DNA of 63,346 nucleotides, the filler included, from Reticulomyxa filosa (taxonomy: Eukaryota; Protista; Foraminifera): NCBI GenBank assembly GCA_000512085.1. It is 15 parts of 15 records of this genome, joined end to end, with 100 filler letters (N's around TTAATTAATTAA, not from the genome) between each part and the next. Parts side by side here need not be neighbours in the genome. Positions count along the whole stretch, not along the records: positions 11,107 to 14,542 come from ASPP01020479.1; positions 14,643 to 18,989 come from ASPP01038739.1; positions 19,090 to 21,278 come from ASPP01022105.1; positions 21,379 to 24,569 come from ASPP01029128.1; positions 24,670 to 51,621 come from ASPP01019567.1; 10 more parts are not named here. The stretch is one strand, 5' to 3'. The stretch's first letter is position 1. Each line of letters begins with the position of its first letter. Positions 13,431-26,639 of the stretch are shown in pieces. The notes under the pieces were generated by a model, which was not told where the DNA came from, searched no databases, and saw only the letters and a list, made by a program, of their open reading frames with translations. Made by a program: the position numbers and the translations under genes.

Positions 13431-16249
13431 ACAAAAAAAAATTCTCTTTTGTTTCTCTTTGTCGTGCAAACCGTATAAATTTATTGTTGACAAATGTGTA
13501 TTTACTATTCCCTCGCTCGATTTTCATTTTGATTTTGCTTTTTCTTTTGCTTCAAAGTCTTATAAATTCAATGTCATCGCCTTTTAAACACATGTTTACA
13601 ACGCGAATTTCTTTTCCCACGTCAAAACTTGGACCAACCACATGAAGTTCTACAAAAAAACTCTGATTATAAATTGGAAAAGTAAATAGAATACTATTTC
13701 GTTACCATAATGACAGCATTATCGAGCCAGTTGAGTATTATGTTCCAAAGGTTTACTTGTTTATTCTTGATTATTTGATTTTTGTTGTTACAGCGAGTCT
13801 TTGAAAGTGTTGAGAGCGTTGGACGATCAGTTCAAGAGCAGCCAGTGGTACATATATTAAATTTTTTTTTTTTTTTTTTGTGTGAACAAAGCGCAAGCCA
13901 ACTCAAATAAACAAACAAAAAAATGAACTTATTTCAGGTCGATATGCCGACGAGGCAAAAGAGCTTTATCAATTCTGTACAAACTATCCAGAGATTTATG
14001 GAGAAGTGAACTTCAAGGATATTGACAAAAACTGGGTATCTATTCAAGATTCGCGTCCTCCAGTGATGACCACTGTAACTTACAACGTATGAATTTTGTA
14101 ACACAACATGACAGGGATAAATATATGTGACCAGCCAACCAACCAACCAACCATCGATTGTCCAGCTTTCAAATAAAAGCAAAGCAAGGACTTGCGCAAT
14201 AGCTATATGCAAATATATATGTGTGTGTATTTATGTGATGGGAAACAACATCGAACACTTGATCGTGCTGCAGCCGAGCGATTCGTTCAGCGGCAAACAA
14301 AGTAATATATGATAACAAAAACAATACTTGAACTTTAGACTATTATAAATATAAACATAAATACAAACGAATAAATATATTTACACGACATAAGAGATCT
14401 GATATGATATAAAACGACGTGTATATATATGTATATATATAAATACAAATATAAACATATATATGTATGCAAACAATTAAAACACTTTAAATCTACAGAA
14501 AAGAACACCATGGAATTTTGTCGAAGCTTTAACTCTCTTGCTNNNNNNNNNNNNNNNNNNNNNNNNNNNNNNNNNNNNNNNNNNNNTTAATTAATTAANN
14601 NNNNNNNNNNNNNNNNNNNNNNNNNNNNNNNNNNNNNNNNNNGGGGGCATGCCTATTCAAATGCAAACGTACATTTTATTAAAAAAATAATAAAAAAATA
14701 TAAAAACTTTGAATTTTTTTTTTAATGCGGGGGGTGGCTTCAACCCCAAAGTTTTTCTTTGGAGGGAGGGTACGTATACATTTTTTTATTTTTTTGGAAA
14801 GAGGGTTGCAGCTGTAATGCAAAAAACACAATGCTATTATATCAAAAAAATAATGATAATAAAAATAGATTTAACAAACTATGAATTCTCCTTACGGAGA
14901 CGGGGGGCCTTGCCCATTTTCTTTTTTCTTTTGTTGAAGGATGTACAGCACCCGAATAAAAAAACCATTTTTTTTTCAAAGTGGACGACTGTTGGACAAC
15001 AAACCAATTTTCTTTTTTAAATTTAAATTATTTAAAACAAAACAAAAAAGGCATACCAGTGACAGAGGGTGCAATCACCCTAATTACGAGCTTGTAGGAC
15101 GAGATAGACACAACAAAAAAAAAAGACCTTTTTTTCTTAACTAAGACATTATTCACAACTCATAAATGTTTACAAAAAAGATGCAAATTTGTAATTTTTT
15201 GTAATATTTTGACAAAAAAATTTGAAAAAAAATAATTATTAAATTTTTGTATATTATTTCTACAACTATGATTCAAAAAAAGGATTAATTATAGATAATT
15301 GAAAATCAAAATTGTTTTTTGGAATGATTCATTATTTTTCCTTTAGTGATGATTTTTCTATTGAAGGAAAAAGTTTTCCCTTTTTAGAAAACTCTCTTGG
15401 ACATTACAACTGTGGCTTTGACTCTTCTCTTCAAGCAACCTAACAAAGCAAGATTCTACAGCATGGAACTCGCTCTTGAGAGTTCCTTCACCAATGCTCT
15501 CCTCTGCAAAGTGTAACAGTTACCGAGAAAGAAAGAACGCTACATAATAAATACTCTTTCATGACGACCGTCAGTTATAACTAGCAGAAAAAACTTGGGA
15601 AAAAAAAGTGACCAGAAATATGTTAAATATTTAGTATGGACTCTGTTCTACCGTACAAACACTTCGAACAATTGATCAACAACACTTAATGTCCTTTGTA
15701 TACGAAAATTAAAACAAATACTTTAAGGGAGAAGGAGACAGTTGCATTTTTATCAAGTCTAATTCTTTCTTTTTTTCATCAAAAACAATTATAAAAAAAT
15801 TCACTTCAAGTAGAGGATCATCATCAATTTTAATTTTTGTTTTATCTAATATTATTTTAAAATATCTGAATCCGAGATTATTACAAATAATCCTAAGCAA
15901 AATAAAGTCATTTTAAGAAGGAGAAAATTATTGCTTGTCTTCTGCTGTTTCTTACAGTTGATCAATTTTCAAAACAGATACAAATTTACGAACAAAGAAC
16001 TCTAATAAAGTTGCTTCTACAATTTCTCAAACTATTACTTTGTTCATTTGTGAGTAGTTTCTTTTTTTGATGATAAATTAAAAATTTGCTTTATTCATTT
16101 AATTACTTTTAATTTAGCAATAATTTTTATTCGATAAAGCCATGTAAATCTAAAAATTGTTATAACAAAACGTCAAAAAAAAAATCACTCCGATTACTTA
16201 TTTCTTTTAATTTTTTTCCTTTCAAATCAAATGAATTAAGCAATTACAA

Positions 16250-16650
16250 CCAATGGATCCCTTTAATAGACAATCACAATTATCCAATTGTCATTTGTTA
16301 TTTATCACTTATTTTCCAAAAAATATTAGTGTGTTTGATTTAAATACATTTCAATTTATTCAACATCATACTTTACCAACTAGTAATTATATTTGTTATC
16401 ATTGCTTTGTATCAAATTCAGAAAATGAACACAAATCAACAAAATTATCAAATGGCAATAATTTTTAATTGCATCAATTACCTGTTTGTGATAATATTAA
16501 ACCATTCTTGAATATACATATGTGTGATATTTAAAAACACTTTACCCAATCCATTGAGAGGTTGAATAAAGAAGACAATGATATACACATGATTGGAGGA
16601 AAAGGGAAATAATATCAACTCATATGAAGACTAAAGTGCGTGGTAATTAT
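16250..16650 (+). pseudogene. Degenerate kelch-like repeat gene remnant
   Basis: LLFITYFPKNISVFDLNTFQFIQHHTLPTSNYICYHCFVSNSEN, followed by frameshifted or stopped pieces (…QLPVCDNIKPF…, …DIHMIGGK…). Confidence 0.6.
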
Positions 16651-18319
16651 TTGTTTATTTATCTATTTATATTGATGAACCACAAATAAACTGTATTGTA
16701 TAAAACTGATTGATCAATGATTATTAATACATTATATGATAAATTTTAAAGAAAATATTTTTGGTTTTATTCATAATTATTAAATTCCTTTACTTTATAT
16801 TTTGAGTTTTTTTATTTCAAAAACGGAAATAGAGTGACAAATTAAAAAAAATAAACAAATGAGATATACAAAAGACAATGAATATTTGAATATACACGAC
16901 AAAAAATATCATTCCTTTTTCAGAATCTATAGCAAATTGAAAATTAAAACCTTTATGCGAAAGATGATTTGATGCCCGAAAATAAAAAAAAGAAGGATTC
17001 TCCATCTTCTTTTAAATCAAAACATAGTTTAAAAAAAAAATTGAAAATGTTTAAAGCTATTAAAATTATGCAAATTGATCTTTGCACAATTTATTTAAGA
17101 GATTTAATAATCTGCTTGTTTGTAAAAATGAGATTATTTATATGTTTATTACGTAATACATTTATCATTTTATCTTAGAGTTCAACAATAAAGTTAATAT
17201 ATAACATGCTACACCTAAAGATGGTCATGTAGAACTTTTTTTTAGAGAAAAAAAAACATAGTAGGTAGATGCACTCTTTAGAAAGATTTTATAAAAAACT
17301 TTGCAATATACCTTGAATGCTTGTTGTAAATACAAACAAATCAAAAATAGTTTCTTTCACACGTTTTGATTGATAAAGAAAAGCAAGAAACACAACAGGA
17401 TATTTTCTTTACTGAGTTACATTTTAAAGGAAAAACGCCACTGAGAGGCTGGTGATTACGCTAAATTTTTATTCCCTCTTTTGTGTTTTTGGAAATTATT
17501 GGGACAAGGATAAAGTGGATTAAAATGTTAATATTTTGTAATTTTGAGAGATTGGATGAACAATGAAAAATTATCCATTTTATTTTCTTTTATTGTCACC
17601 AAATTGCGATAAAATCATTACTACCTTTTTCTTGTACGTATTTATGTGCTAATTGCATATTTGCAAAAAAAAGAGAGCTTTGTCATAAAAAAATAAAAAA
17701 AATAATGAAAAAATATTGAACAAAGAATGAACTCTAAATTGAATGATTTAGTCTGGAAATGATTCGTAAACTATTGATTGTAATTGTTTGAAATGAATTT
17801 TCAAAAAAAATACTAATTAATATTTAATTGTATTCTTGTTCATTCAAATTACCCATTTACTATAATTTTGAGTAAATTAAAAATTAAAACAAAAAATTCT
17901 TGTCTACTCCAAAAAAATATTAGAAGTTATTCCAGTTTCAACAAGTCCTTCATTTTATTCATATTCTCTTTATTAATTGTTTGCAATGATAAAAAGAAGA
18001 TTTCTTTCCAATAGGAAAAAAAAAACATTTGTATGTGCGTATAAATAATGAACGTCATTATAAGTTCAATAAGACACAAAATTTTGATTGTAAATACTTT
18101 TTCATTACAAAGTTTATATTTATTAAATAAAACAAATTAATTTCAATTTTTGTTGACCCTTCGTGAGCTTAAAAAATAAAGTTGAAAAGCATCTTTTTCA
18201 TCATCAAAGATCATCTCAAAAAAAAAGATACTTTAGCTTAGTAATGAAAGTTTCGTTTAGTTGTTTTTTTAGGTTTTTGTTATTATCGTTTTTCCCATTT
18301 TGCTTTATGATTGAAACAG

Positions 18320-18989
18320 TCAAAAGAAGAAGAGATCCAAATCATTATTCATCATTGGATCCGGATATTAAACATTAAATTAGGATGGATCAACGATTTT
18401 GACAAACTCGTTGTCAATTATGTTAGTTTATTAGTTCTTCTTTTTTTAAATAACAATCAAAACATTCCAATATTATTTAACATAGGCATCTACTATCTTC
18501 ATGTTTGACACATTTCGCTCATCATCCAAATTAATCCGTTCATTCACTGGACACACAGACACTGTGTGGACTATTGATTATTCAATATTTGATGATCGTC
18601 AATTCATTTGTTCTGGGTCATTTGATCAAACAATTCGTGTATGGGATGTTGATAATAACAAACAAATTCAATCATTCAATGGACATCAAACTGTTGCAAA
18701 TTGTGTGAAATTTTCGTCATATCATCACCATCATCATCAAAATGTCATCTGCTCTGCATCAAATGACATTACCATTCGTTTTTGGGATTTCAAACGTAAT
18801 AAGAAAATACAAATATTCAATAAACACACTGGTAGTGTTAATGGTATTGAATTTTCACCATTTAATGTCGGTAGATATTTGTGTTCTGGGTCTGATGACA
18901 ATACAATTCGTTTATGGGATGTTAAAACATCAAAATCATTACATATTTTCAATGGACATGAAAATGGTGTTTGGTGTGTTGATATTTCA
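18320..18989 (+). CDS. WD40-repeat protein of the same expanded family, N-terminal part (exons 18320-18421 and 18486-18989; first exon upstream uncertain; 3' partial)
   Basis: N-terminal SKEEEIQIIIHHWIRILNIKLGWINDFDKLVVNY, GT-AG intron 18422-18485, then GH...WD repeats. Confidence 0.9.
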
Positions 18990-19244
18990 NNNNNNNNNNN
19001 NNNNNNNNNNNNNNNNNNNNNNNNNNNNNNNNNTTAATTAATTAANNNNNNNNNNNNNNNNNNNNNNNNNNNNNNNNNNNNNNNNNNNNAACATTTCAAA
19101 ACGATTTACACAGCCCATTGAAAGATTGTGTTGACTAAAGAAACACGTGTGTACATTGATTGGTAATGATTTGCTTATTTATTTATTTTTTAATCGATAT
19201 AAATAAATTTTATTGTATGAAAATGATTAACAAATAATGTAGTC

Positions 19245-19345
19245 AAAAAATGAAATTAAATCTATTATTCGATATTGGACTCGAAATTTGAAGATAATTA
19301 GGATGGATCGATCATTTTGATCAAATTATTTTCAAATACAAGTCA
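19245..19345 (+). pseudogene. Decayed copy of the I..II..W.R.L.I.LGWI.DFD.II..Y module shared by the WD40/kelch family
   Basis: aaaaatgaaattaaatctattattcgatattggactcgaaatttgaagataattaggatggatcgatcattttgatcaaattattttcaaatac is a frameshifted version of 18330-18421. Confidence 0.55.
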
Positions 19346-19439
19346 TGCTATCTTTAAATATGGTATTGATGTTATGTTATCATATTGTTGATAAAATTCA
19401 TTTTTAAGCATTTTTTTGTGAATACATTTATTTTTAATA

Positions 19440-19800
19440 AACTGATTTTGAAGAGTTTGCAAAATTGACTTTTATTCAATTTCATTGAAATTGTAGCAAT
19501 TAACCTTGCAGATGATCAATGAAGGTCTTCATCTTCAACAATATCCTTATTTCAATATGCTACAGTCCTTCTCATGCAAGACAAGACAAGCAATCAAACA
19601 TATTAAGCATTGGGACAATTTGTAATAAATCATAGGCAACCAGTTTTGAATTTAATTTATTTGCAATTTCATCAAATCTGCCCATCCTTTGCATTTACCT
19701 CTTTTGCTTCTTGTCTACCACCATAGAGCAACGAATAGTCCATAATATCTGACCTTTTTTTATCAAATATGGAGTCAGTTTGTCTTGTAAGTTGTAATGA
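19440..19800 (-). pseudogene. Possible HEAT-repeat gene remnant
   Basis: The minus strand reads EDEDLH*SSARLIATISMKLNKSQF, a HEAT-like repeat with an in-frame stop. The surrounding frames are broken. Confidence 0.35.
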
Positions 19801-20887
19801 TCTTTGAAGTTTTGCTTTGGTCGTGTCTGAGAAATATTCTATCTCTTTTCTTGAGTGAATTGAGAAAGGGTTTGAAATCCACTAAAAATCCTTGGTATTA
19901 TACTCATATTTTGCACAAGACCAATGTTACTTTACCGCATTAAATTAGAAAAGTTAACTGAAACAAATCATGGATAAGCCTAAAAGGCGGTCCCATAGTC
20001 AATCTCCTTTTCAATACAGTTTATAATTTATAGTTAACTTTTGATAGAATATATACATATATATACGTGAAGGCTGGAGAGGCTTAGAAAAGGACTTGTG
20101 TATGCATATACTTACTTTGGATAAAGTAATTACCCCAAAAGAAACTGATGAAACAAAAACAAAGTTTAAAGAGACACACAGCAACAAATCTTGAAATATG
20201 CAAATCAATATATATGTTTATTTATTGCAATGCTGGACAAAGCGATGTGAGCATTGATGATAAATGCATTTAACCAAGCAATAGCTTTTCTAATACTTCC
20301 AAATGTAATATATTTAAAGCTGAAAAATGTAATAATCAGTAGCTGCAATGAAAGGATTAATGCAACAGTTAAAAATCCCAAAATTGAATATTATCTATTG
20401 AATAATGCACATATATAATTGGAAACAAGTACTCAAAATTACTGAATCATGAGATTTTTCTTCGTCTTCTTTCTCTTGTTTCCAAAAGCAAAAACAAGGT
20501 TATGTTTAAAAAAAGGAATGGCATTATGTTTTTTTAAAAGTGTATTGAAAAGCCTTTTTTGGAATTAATTTTGTTTATCAAAATACAATCAATAACTTTT
20601 TTGTTAAATCTTATACAATATACTGTTTTTTTCTGCACTTAACCAAAATAATTTTTAGGTTGATCTTGCTCTGTTTTTAGAAAACAATACAAGAAAATAT
20701 TATTTCAATGTTCCAAAGACTTCAATATAATATTAAAAACATCAAATGCAGATTTTTCAATTTTTTAAAACAAAAGATTAAGATAGAACACATTTTTCAT
20801 CAATCAAAACAAGTTTAATATCAACTTTACTTTTATCAAACTTTTCAAACAAAAACACGTTCATTTCTTGTTCAACAAAAAATTCAA

Positions 20888-21278
20888 TTATCCCCAAATA
20901 CGAATGGGACCATTACTTGAACCATAACACAAAGTAAAATCATATGCGATATCCTTTGTCTTATCTTTCTTTTTCAATGCAATAAATTTCAGACAAATTA
21001 TTCCTTCATTATATCCTTTGATCACATACAATTCATTCTTATTTGATCGAATATCCCAAAAACGAATTGTATTATCAGTTGATCCAGAGCATATTACATT
21101 CGAATTACAAATACTATTCTTTATTACAAATGGTGAATATTCAACAGCATACACAGCACTTGTATGTCCATTGAACACTTGAATTTGTTCACCAGATCGA
21201 ATATCCCACAAACGAACACTGTTATCTGATCCAGATAATATTGTATTTAATAATTCATTTGATCCATATTTTACACTA
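20888..21278 (-). CDS. WD40-repeat protein, C-terminal part (same family as 7188-7791)
   Basis: SVRLWDIRSGEQIQVFNGHTSAVYAVEYSPF...CSGSTDNTIRFWD...LCYGSSNGPIRIWG*. Confidence 0.92.
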
Positions 21279-21378
21279 NNNNNNNNNNNNNNNNNNNNNN
21301 NNNNNNNNNNNNNNNNNNNNNNTTAATTAATTAANNNNNNNNNNNNNNNNNNNNNNNNNNNNNNNNNNNNNNNNNNNN

Positions 21379-23947
21379 TATAAATAATCAACAATTTCAA
21401 CAACAATTTGAAATGCATGTTCAAAAATTATCTATTAATCGTAAATTATTAAATGAAGAATTAGGGATTATCCAGTTTATTGCTGAAAGAATTCATGACA
21501 ATAATTCAATATTTGTAAATTTAAAATCAAGATTATTTCGAATTATTGAATCATCAAAAAATAATGATAATGTAAGTATTGCAGCAGCAAATGCAATTAC
21601 AATACTCAATTCGGCAAATGTCAATATGAATTATCAAAACTGGGACAATGTAAAAATCCCGTATGCAATTTTGGATCATGCTTTTCTTGAAGGAACCAAT
21701 TTTAGTAATGCAAATTTAGATCATGTACGTTTTTATCAAACTTGTTTAAGCAAAGTCAATTTCACAAATGCATCAATGAACGATGTTTACTTTGGAGAAT
21801 ATGCAAATTTGGAAGGACATTCAGATGCAATATGGGGGATTCAATTTTCACCAGATAAAACGAAAGTAGTATCATATTCAAATGATAAAACTATTCGAAT
21901 ATGGGATACAGCGTCGAGTAATCAACTTTGTGTATTGGAAGGACATTCAGATTTAATATGGAGTGCAAGATTTTCACGTGATGGATCTAAAATTGTGTCA
22001 TTCTCAGGGGATAAAACTATTCGAATATGGGATGTATTATCCGGTCAACAAATTCAAATTTTGAAAGGGCATTCGTCACGTGTAACTGGTGCGCAATTTT
22101 CATTAGATTGTTCTAATATTGTGTCAAGTTCATGGGACAAAACTATTAGGATATGGGATATGTCATCTGGAGAACAAGTTAAGTTATTAGAAGGACATTT
22201 AGATTATGTGAATACAGTACATTTTTCACCAGATTATTCCAAAATTGTATCATGCTCAAAAGATAAAAGCATACGAATATGGGATGTATCATCTGGAACA
22301 CAGCTTCAATTATTAGAAGGACATTTAGATAATGTATTTGGGGCACATTTTACACCCAATGGATTAAATATTACATCATACTCACGTGATAAAACTATTC
22401 GAATATGGGATATAGTATCAGGTCAACAACTCCAAATATTAAAAGGACATACCAAGGATATAAATGGAATTCAATTTTCACCAGATGGTTCAAAAGTATT
22501 GTCATATTCAAATGGTACTAACCTTCGACTATGGGATCTGTTGTCTGGAAAACAAGTTCAAGTGTTAAAAGGGCGTATGGGGGTAATGAGGGCACGATTT
22601 TCACCTGATGGCTCTAAAATTGTATCAGGTTCGCGTGATAATGCGATCAGACTATGGGATGTGTCATCTGGGAAACAAATTCAAGTACTAGAAGGACATT
22701 CAGATGAAGTAACTGGTGTAGAATTTTTTTCAAATGAACACAAAATTTTTTCATGCTCACTTGACGGTACTATTCGTATATGGGATATAGCTTTAGAAAA
22801 GGAAGTCCAGTTAACAGGAGGAGATTTAGGTATCATGTCGGACGTAAAATTTTCCCCTGATGGCTCTAAAATTATGTCATGTTCTGGAGATAAAACTATT
22901 CGATTATGGGATGTACAATCAGGAAGACAAATTCAAGTATTTAAAGGTTATGGAGCGCTATTTTCCTTAGATGGTTCCAAAATCATATCATATTCAAGTG
23001 ATGCTATAATTCGGGTATGGGATATACTATCAAGAAAACAGCTTCAACTATTAAACGGACATTCTTATATGGTGAATTGTGTAAAACTTTTATTAGATAA
23101 TTCCAAGCTTGTATCATGCTCAAATGATAAAACAATTCGAATATGGGATATATCATCAGGAAAACAGATCCAATTATTGCAAGGACATTCCAATGATATA
23201 TTTGGAGTAAAAATTTCGCCAGATGGATCTAAAATTGTATCATGGTCAATGGATAATACAATTCGAGTATGGGATGTATCATCTGGAGACCAAATTCTAT
23301 TATTAGAAGGGCATACAGGAATTGTGCGGAGTGCATCCTTTTCTCCAGATGGTACTAAAATCATATCACGTTCAGATGGTAACACAATTCGAATATGGAA
23401 CACATCATCTGGAGATCAAATCTTATTGTTAGAAGGGCATCGGAAGCGTGTACTAGACGCAAAATTTTTTCCAGATGGCTCTAAAGTCATATCTTGCTCA
23501 GCAGATAGTACAATTCGAATTTGGGATATATTCACTGGAAAACAGATTCAAATATTAGAAGGACATTCAAGTTTGGTATTCGAAATACAATTATCTCCAG
23601 ATGGCTCTAAAATTTTTTCGTGTTCGCAAGACAAGACTATTCGAATATGGGATGTATCTTCAGGAAAGCAGATCCAATTATTGGAAGGGCATGATGGGAC
23701 TATTCGCAGTATTAGCATATCACCTGATGGTTCAAAATTAGTTTCATGTTCAGATGATAAAACAATTCGATTATGGTGTAGTGATAATGGTAAAATTATT
23801 GATGTAACTGAAAGGAATTCAGTAAATTATATTTGGAAAGTGGGCAATCAACGTGGTCTGTCAATAAAAAGTAGTATTTGGAAAGATACAAAAGGTTTGA
23901 CATCTCAACAAAAATTGCTTGTGAAACAACGTGGTGGAACATTTTAA
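21379..23947 (+). CDS. Pentapeptide-repeat plus 16xWD40 protein; C-terminal half of a probable NACHT/STAND (NLR-like) protein (5' partial, intronless)
   Basis: AAANAITILNSA helix and pentapeptide repeats (AILDH AFLEG TNFSN ANLDH VRFYQ TCLSK VNFTN ASMND), then 16 highly similar GH...FSPDGSKIVS.S.D.TIRIWD repeats, ending GLTSQQKLLVKQRGG. The NTPase itself is not in the contig (inferred). Confidence 0.9.
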
Positions 23948-25478
23948 TTTTATTTATTTATTGCTCAATATCTTCAGCCAAGAGTACAAGCGAAAAAGTT
24001 CTGTTTTATTGCCAGAACTTTCAGTCTTGATTAACGTGCATGTGTCGTTAAACCAAATAACAAAAAGCTACCAATTTCATTTTCACAAATGAAAACAATA
24101 ATTGGCATTATCTTATGTTTTCTTTTGAAAAAATTGCAAAGTGATTTATAAATTCCAAAAAATTTGAAATGATCAAATTGGTTTGTGGCGAAAGATAATT
24201 GAGTTGTGAATACATTGATGTCGTTTTGTTGAGATATTTTGATAATTTTTGCGGTTTGGTTAATGTTATTTTTGTTTTTATTATTGATTAGTGTTGTTTT
24301 GTATTTTGTTATGATTGGTTGCATGCTGAAATTGCAATGATTATGCTTTATTTTTGATGTGTTTTTGTTAATATGTAGTTGCATTTGATGAGGAAAATTT
24401 TTAGTTGATACTAGTCAGAATTCTTTTTTGAATTTGTACTTTTGGTACATTTGTAATGCCAGTCGTCAGATAAAGCTGTTCAAAATAATAAAATTTCAGC
24501 AAATAAAAATATTTAAAGGCTACATAATACCTAAAAGCAAATGTAAAAACGTGGTCTTTCTACGACACTNNNNNNNNNNNNNNNNNNNNNNNNNNNNNNN
24601 NNNNNNNNNNNNNTTAATTAATTAANNNNNNNNNNNNNNNNNNNNNNNNNNNNNNNNNNNNNNNNNNNNAGCAAAATTTTGAACAATAAACACTTCTTTT
24701 TGTAAAAAAAAAAGCCAATGAGATTGTTGCATTATGTGTATGTATAATGATAACATCAATAGTATTTTTGTTAATATGTTTGGATTACTTTGCGTGTAAT
24801 ATACTGTACACTGATATTTTGAGTGGAAATATGTTGTATTAATGTTTTTTTTTTCAATATTATGTATTGCATTCAGAAATACTGTATTTTTTAATTTGTG
24901 TGAATGCTTGGAAAAAATGAAATGTAAACAAACTTGAGAAACATGAATCAATTCTCACACTACCGTGAGATATTGCCGAATTATCAAATAGAAATGTATT
25001 GGCACATACTACTGCAAGACAATAAATCAAATAATTTTTTATGCGAAGACCAAGTACGTTAAGAAAGTATGTAAAAAAGTTCCACAAACAAGTAGCAAAA
25101 TAATTGAGAGAGACTGAACAGAGAAATGCAACCATCTCTTTTGTGTTCAAACTAGACAGCGAACAAAAAAAAAAAGATGAAAGATAAAAAAAAAAAAAAA
25201 TGGAACTACCCCCTTTTGAGCAACTTTTTTGTTGTTACATATTTTTATTTTTTTTTGTATTTGGAATTGAAATTAAATGTTGTTCTCTATTTTCATTTTT
25301 TCAACATATCACATTTTTTGAATAGTTTGCAAGTGTCTCTGTACGGAATGTAAGGAGTGTTCAACAAATACAAAAATAAATTGATTGTAATAAGCGGTAA
25401 AAAAAAAATTTTTGGAGTAATAAAAAAATTGAAACGTGGACAAGTTGTTCAGTTTTTTACTTCAAAAAAATATCAATC

Positions 25479-26175
25479 ATGGAGTTAAGCGAGCAAGATT
25501 GCAGTGAAATAAATGAATTGGGTTTGAAAAAGTTTGATAAGCTGCTTGACGCATGTTGTCAAGCACTGACGAAGACAGCCAGTGGCCAAGAGACTGCCAG
25601 TTTTGATTTGTTTACTCAAAAGTAGATCAGCATCTATTAAAAAAGATATTTAAACAAATATCACATGCAGACACATTGTCTCAATTGGTTGGTGATGTAT
25701 CATTGATCCAACTAAAGAAATTCTCTGGTCAAATTCTTTCATTATTGAGCGAAGCTTGCCGTATTGACGCCAATCCAAGAGTATTCAGGTTTGGTTTGTT
25801 AAAGAAAGATAAAAGTTTGCCAAAAAAAAAAATGAATAATAAAATAAACAATAAAGCCAATCATTAGAAGATTATGGAATGGATGGTGATCACATCAAAT
25901 TGACGATTGAATATTACAAAAAATATAAACAGAAAATTCGAGGAAAGTTTGCAACAACAAGTGTGCAAATACCACAATTGATTGGTGTGGAATGGAGGTT
26001 ATGTCAAGACATTAAGCAAAAAAACTTGAGTAAGATCAATACCCCGAGATTTCTCGTTCGCTTGAACTTCAGCAATGATTCCAAGATGTTTGAATGCAAT
26101 TATGAAGAAATTCAAGACTTACTCAATCGACTTAAAATTGCCAGGAATTCAGTTTACAATTTAATTGAACAATAA
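25479..26175 (+). CDS. COMMD3: COMM domain-containing protein 3-like (3 exons)
   Basis: C-terminal COMM domain PQLIGVEWRLCQDIKQKNLSKINTPRFLVRLNF...FECNYEEIQDLLNRLKIARNS plus an N-terminal helical domain. GT-AG introns at about 25600-25670 and 25789-25857. Confidence 0.8.
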
Positions 26176-26639
26176 ATATGTTAAATCACCTTGTTCTCTT
26201 TTTAACTATCAGTCTTTTATTTTTTCCTCCATTTGCCAAAATCTAATCCCAATCCACTTAGTATTTTTCCTTGACATTCGTACTCGCTGCAAACTTCTGG
26301 TTACTTTTAAATTTTTTTTCCTTTTTCAACGGAGGATTACAACGAATTTCCTCTTAGAAATTAAATTGTTGTGCAAAGTTGGACTGGTGTTTCTTTTTGT
26401 TTTGCCGTGTTGTCCCTGAATCTTTTTTTTCCTCAAATATTGAAGATGTCCAAAGCATAGTTTAAGTAAATTAATAGTGGCATATGCAAAAAAAGAAGGA
26501 GAATGATCTTTCTTGTTGAAAGTCAAATATTGTGGAATTTCAAAATTGTAAATTTGAGCTGAAAAATTTAACTTGGTAGCGGAGCAAGGCTTCTCTCAAA
26601 CTCAGTTTTTCTTTGTCCATTCGTAAAGGACATGTCTTA

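Noticed and set aside
14643-15150. Short G/C-run islands and a small hairpin (agggtgcaatcaccct) at the contig start as ncRNA or transposon end
   Set aside because: No tRNA/snRNA consensus, no repeat periodicity and no matching inverted end; may be low-quality terminal sequence.
24670-25200. Minus-strand ORFs 24622-24951 and 24860-25150
   Set aside because: AT-rich, no motif and no convincing splice structure; likely intergenic or UTR.
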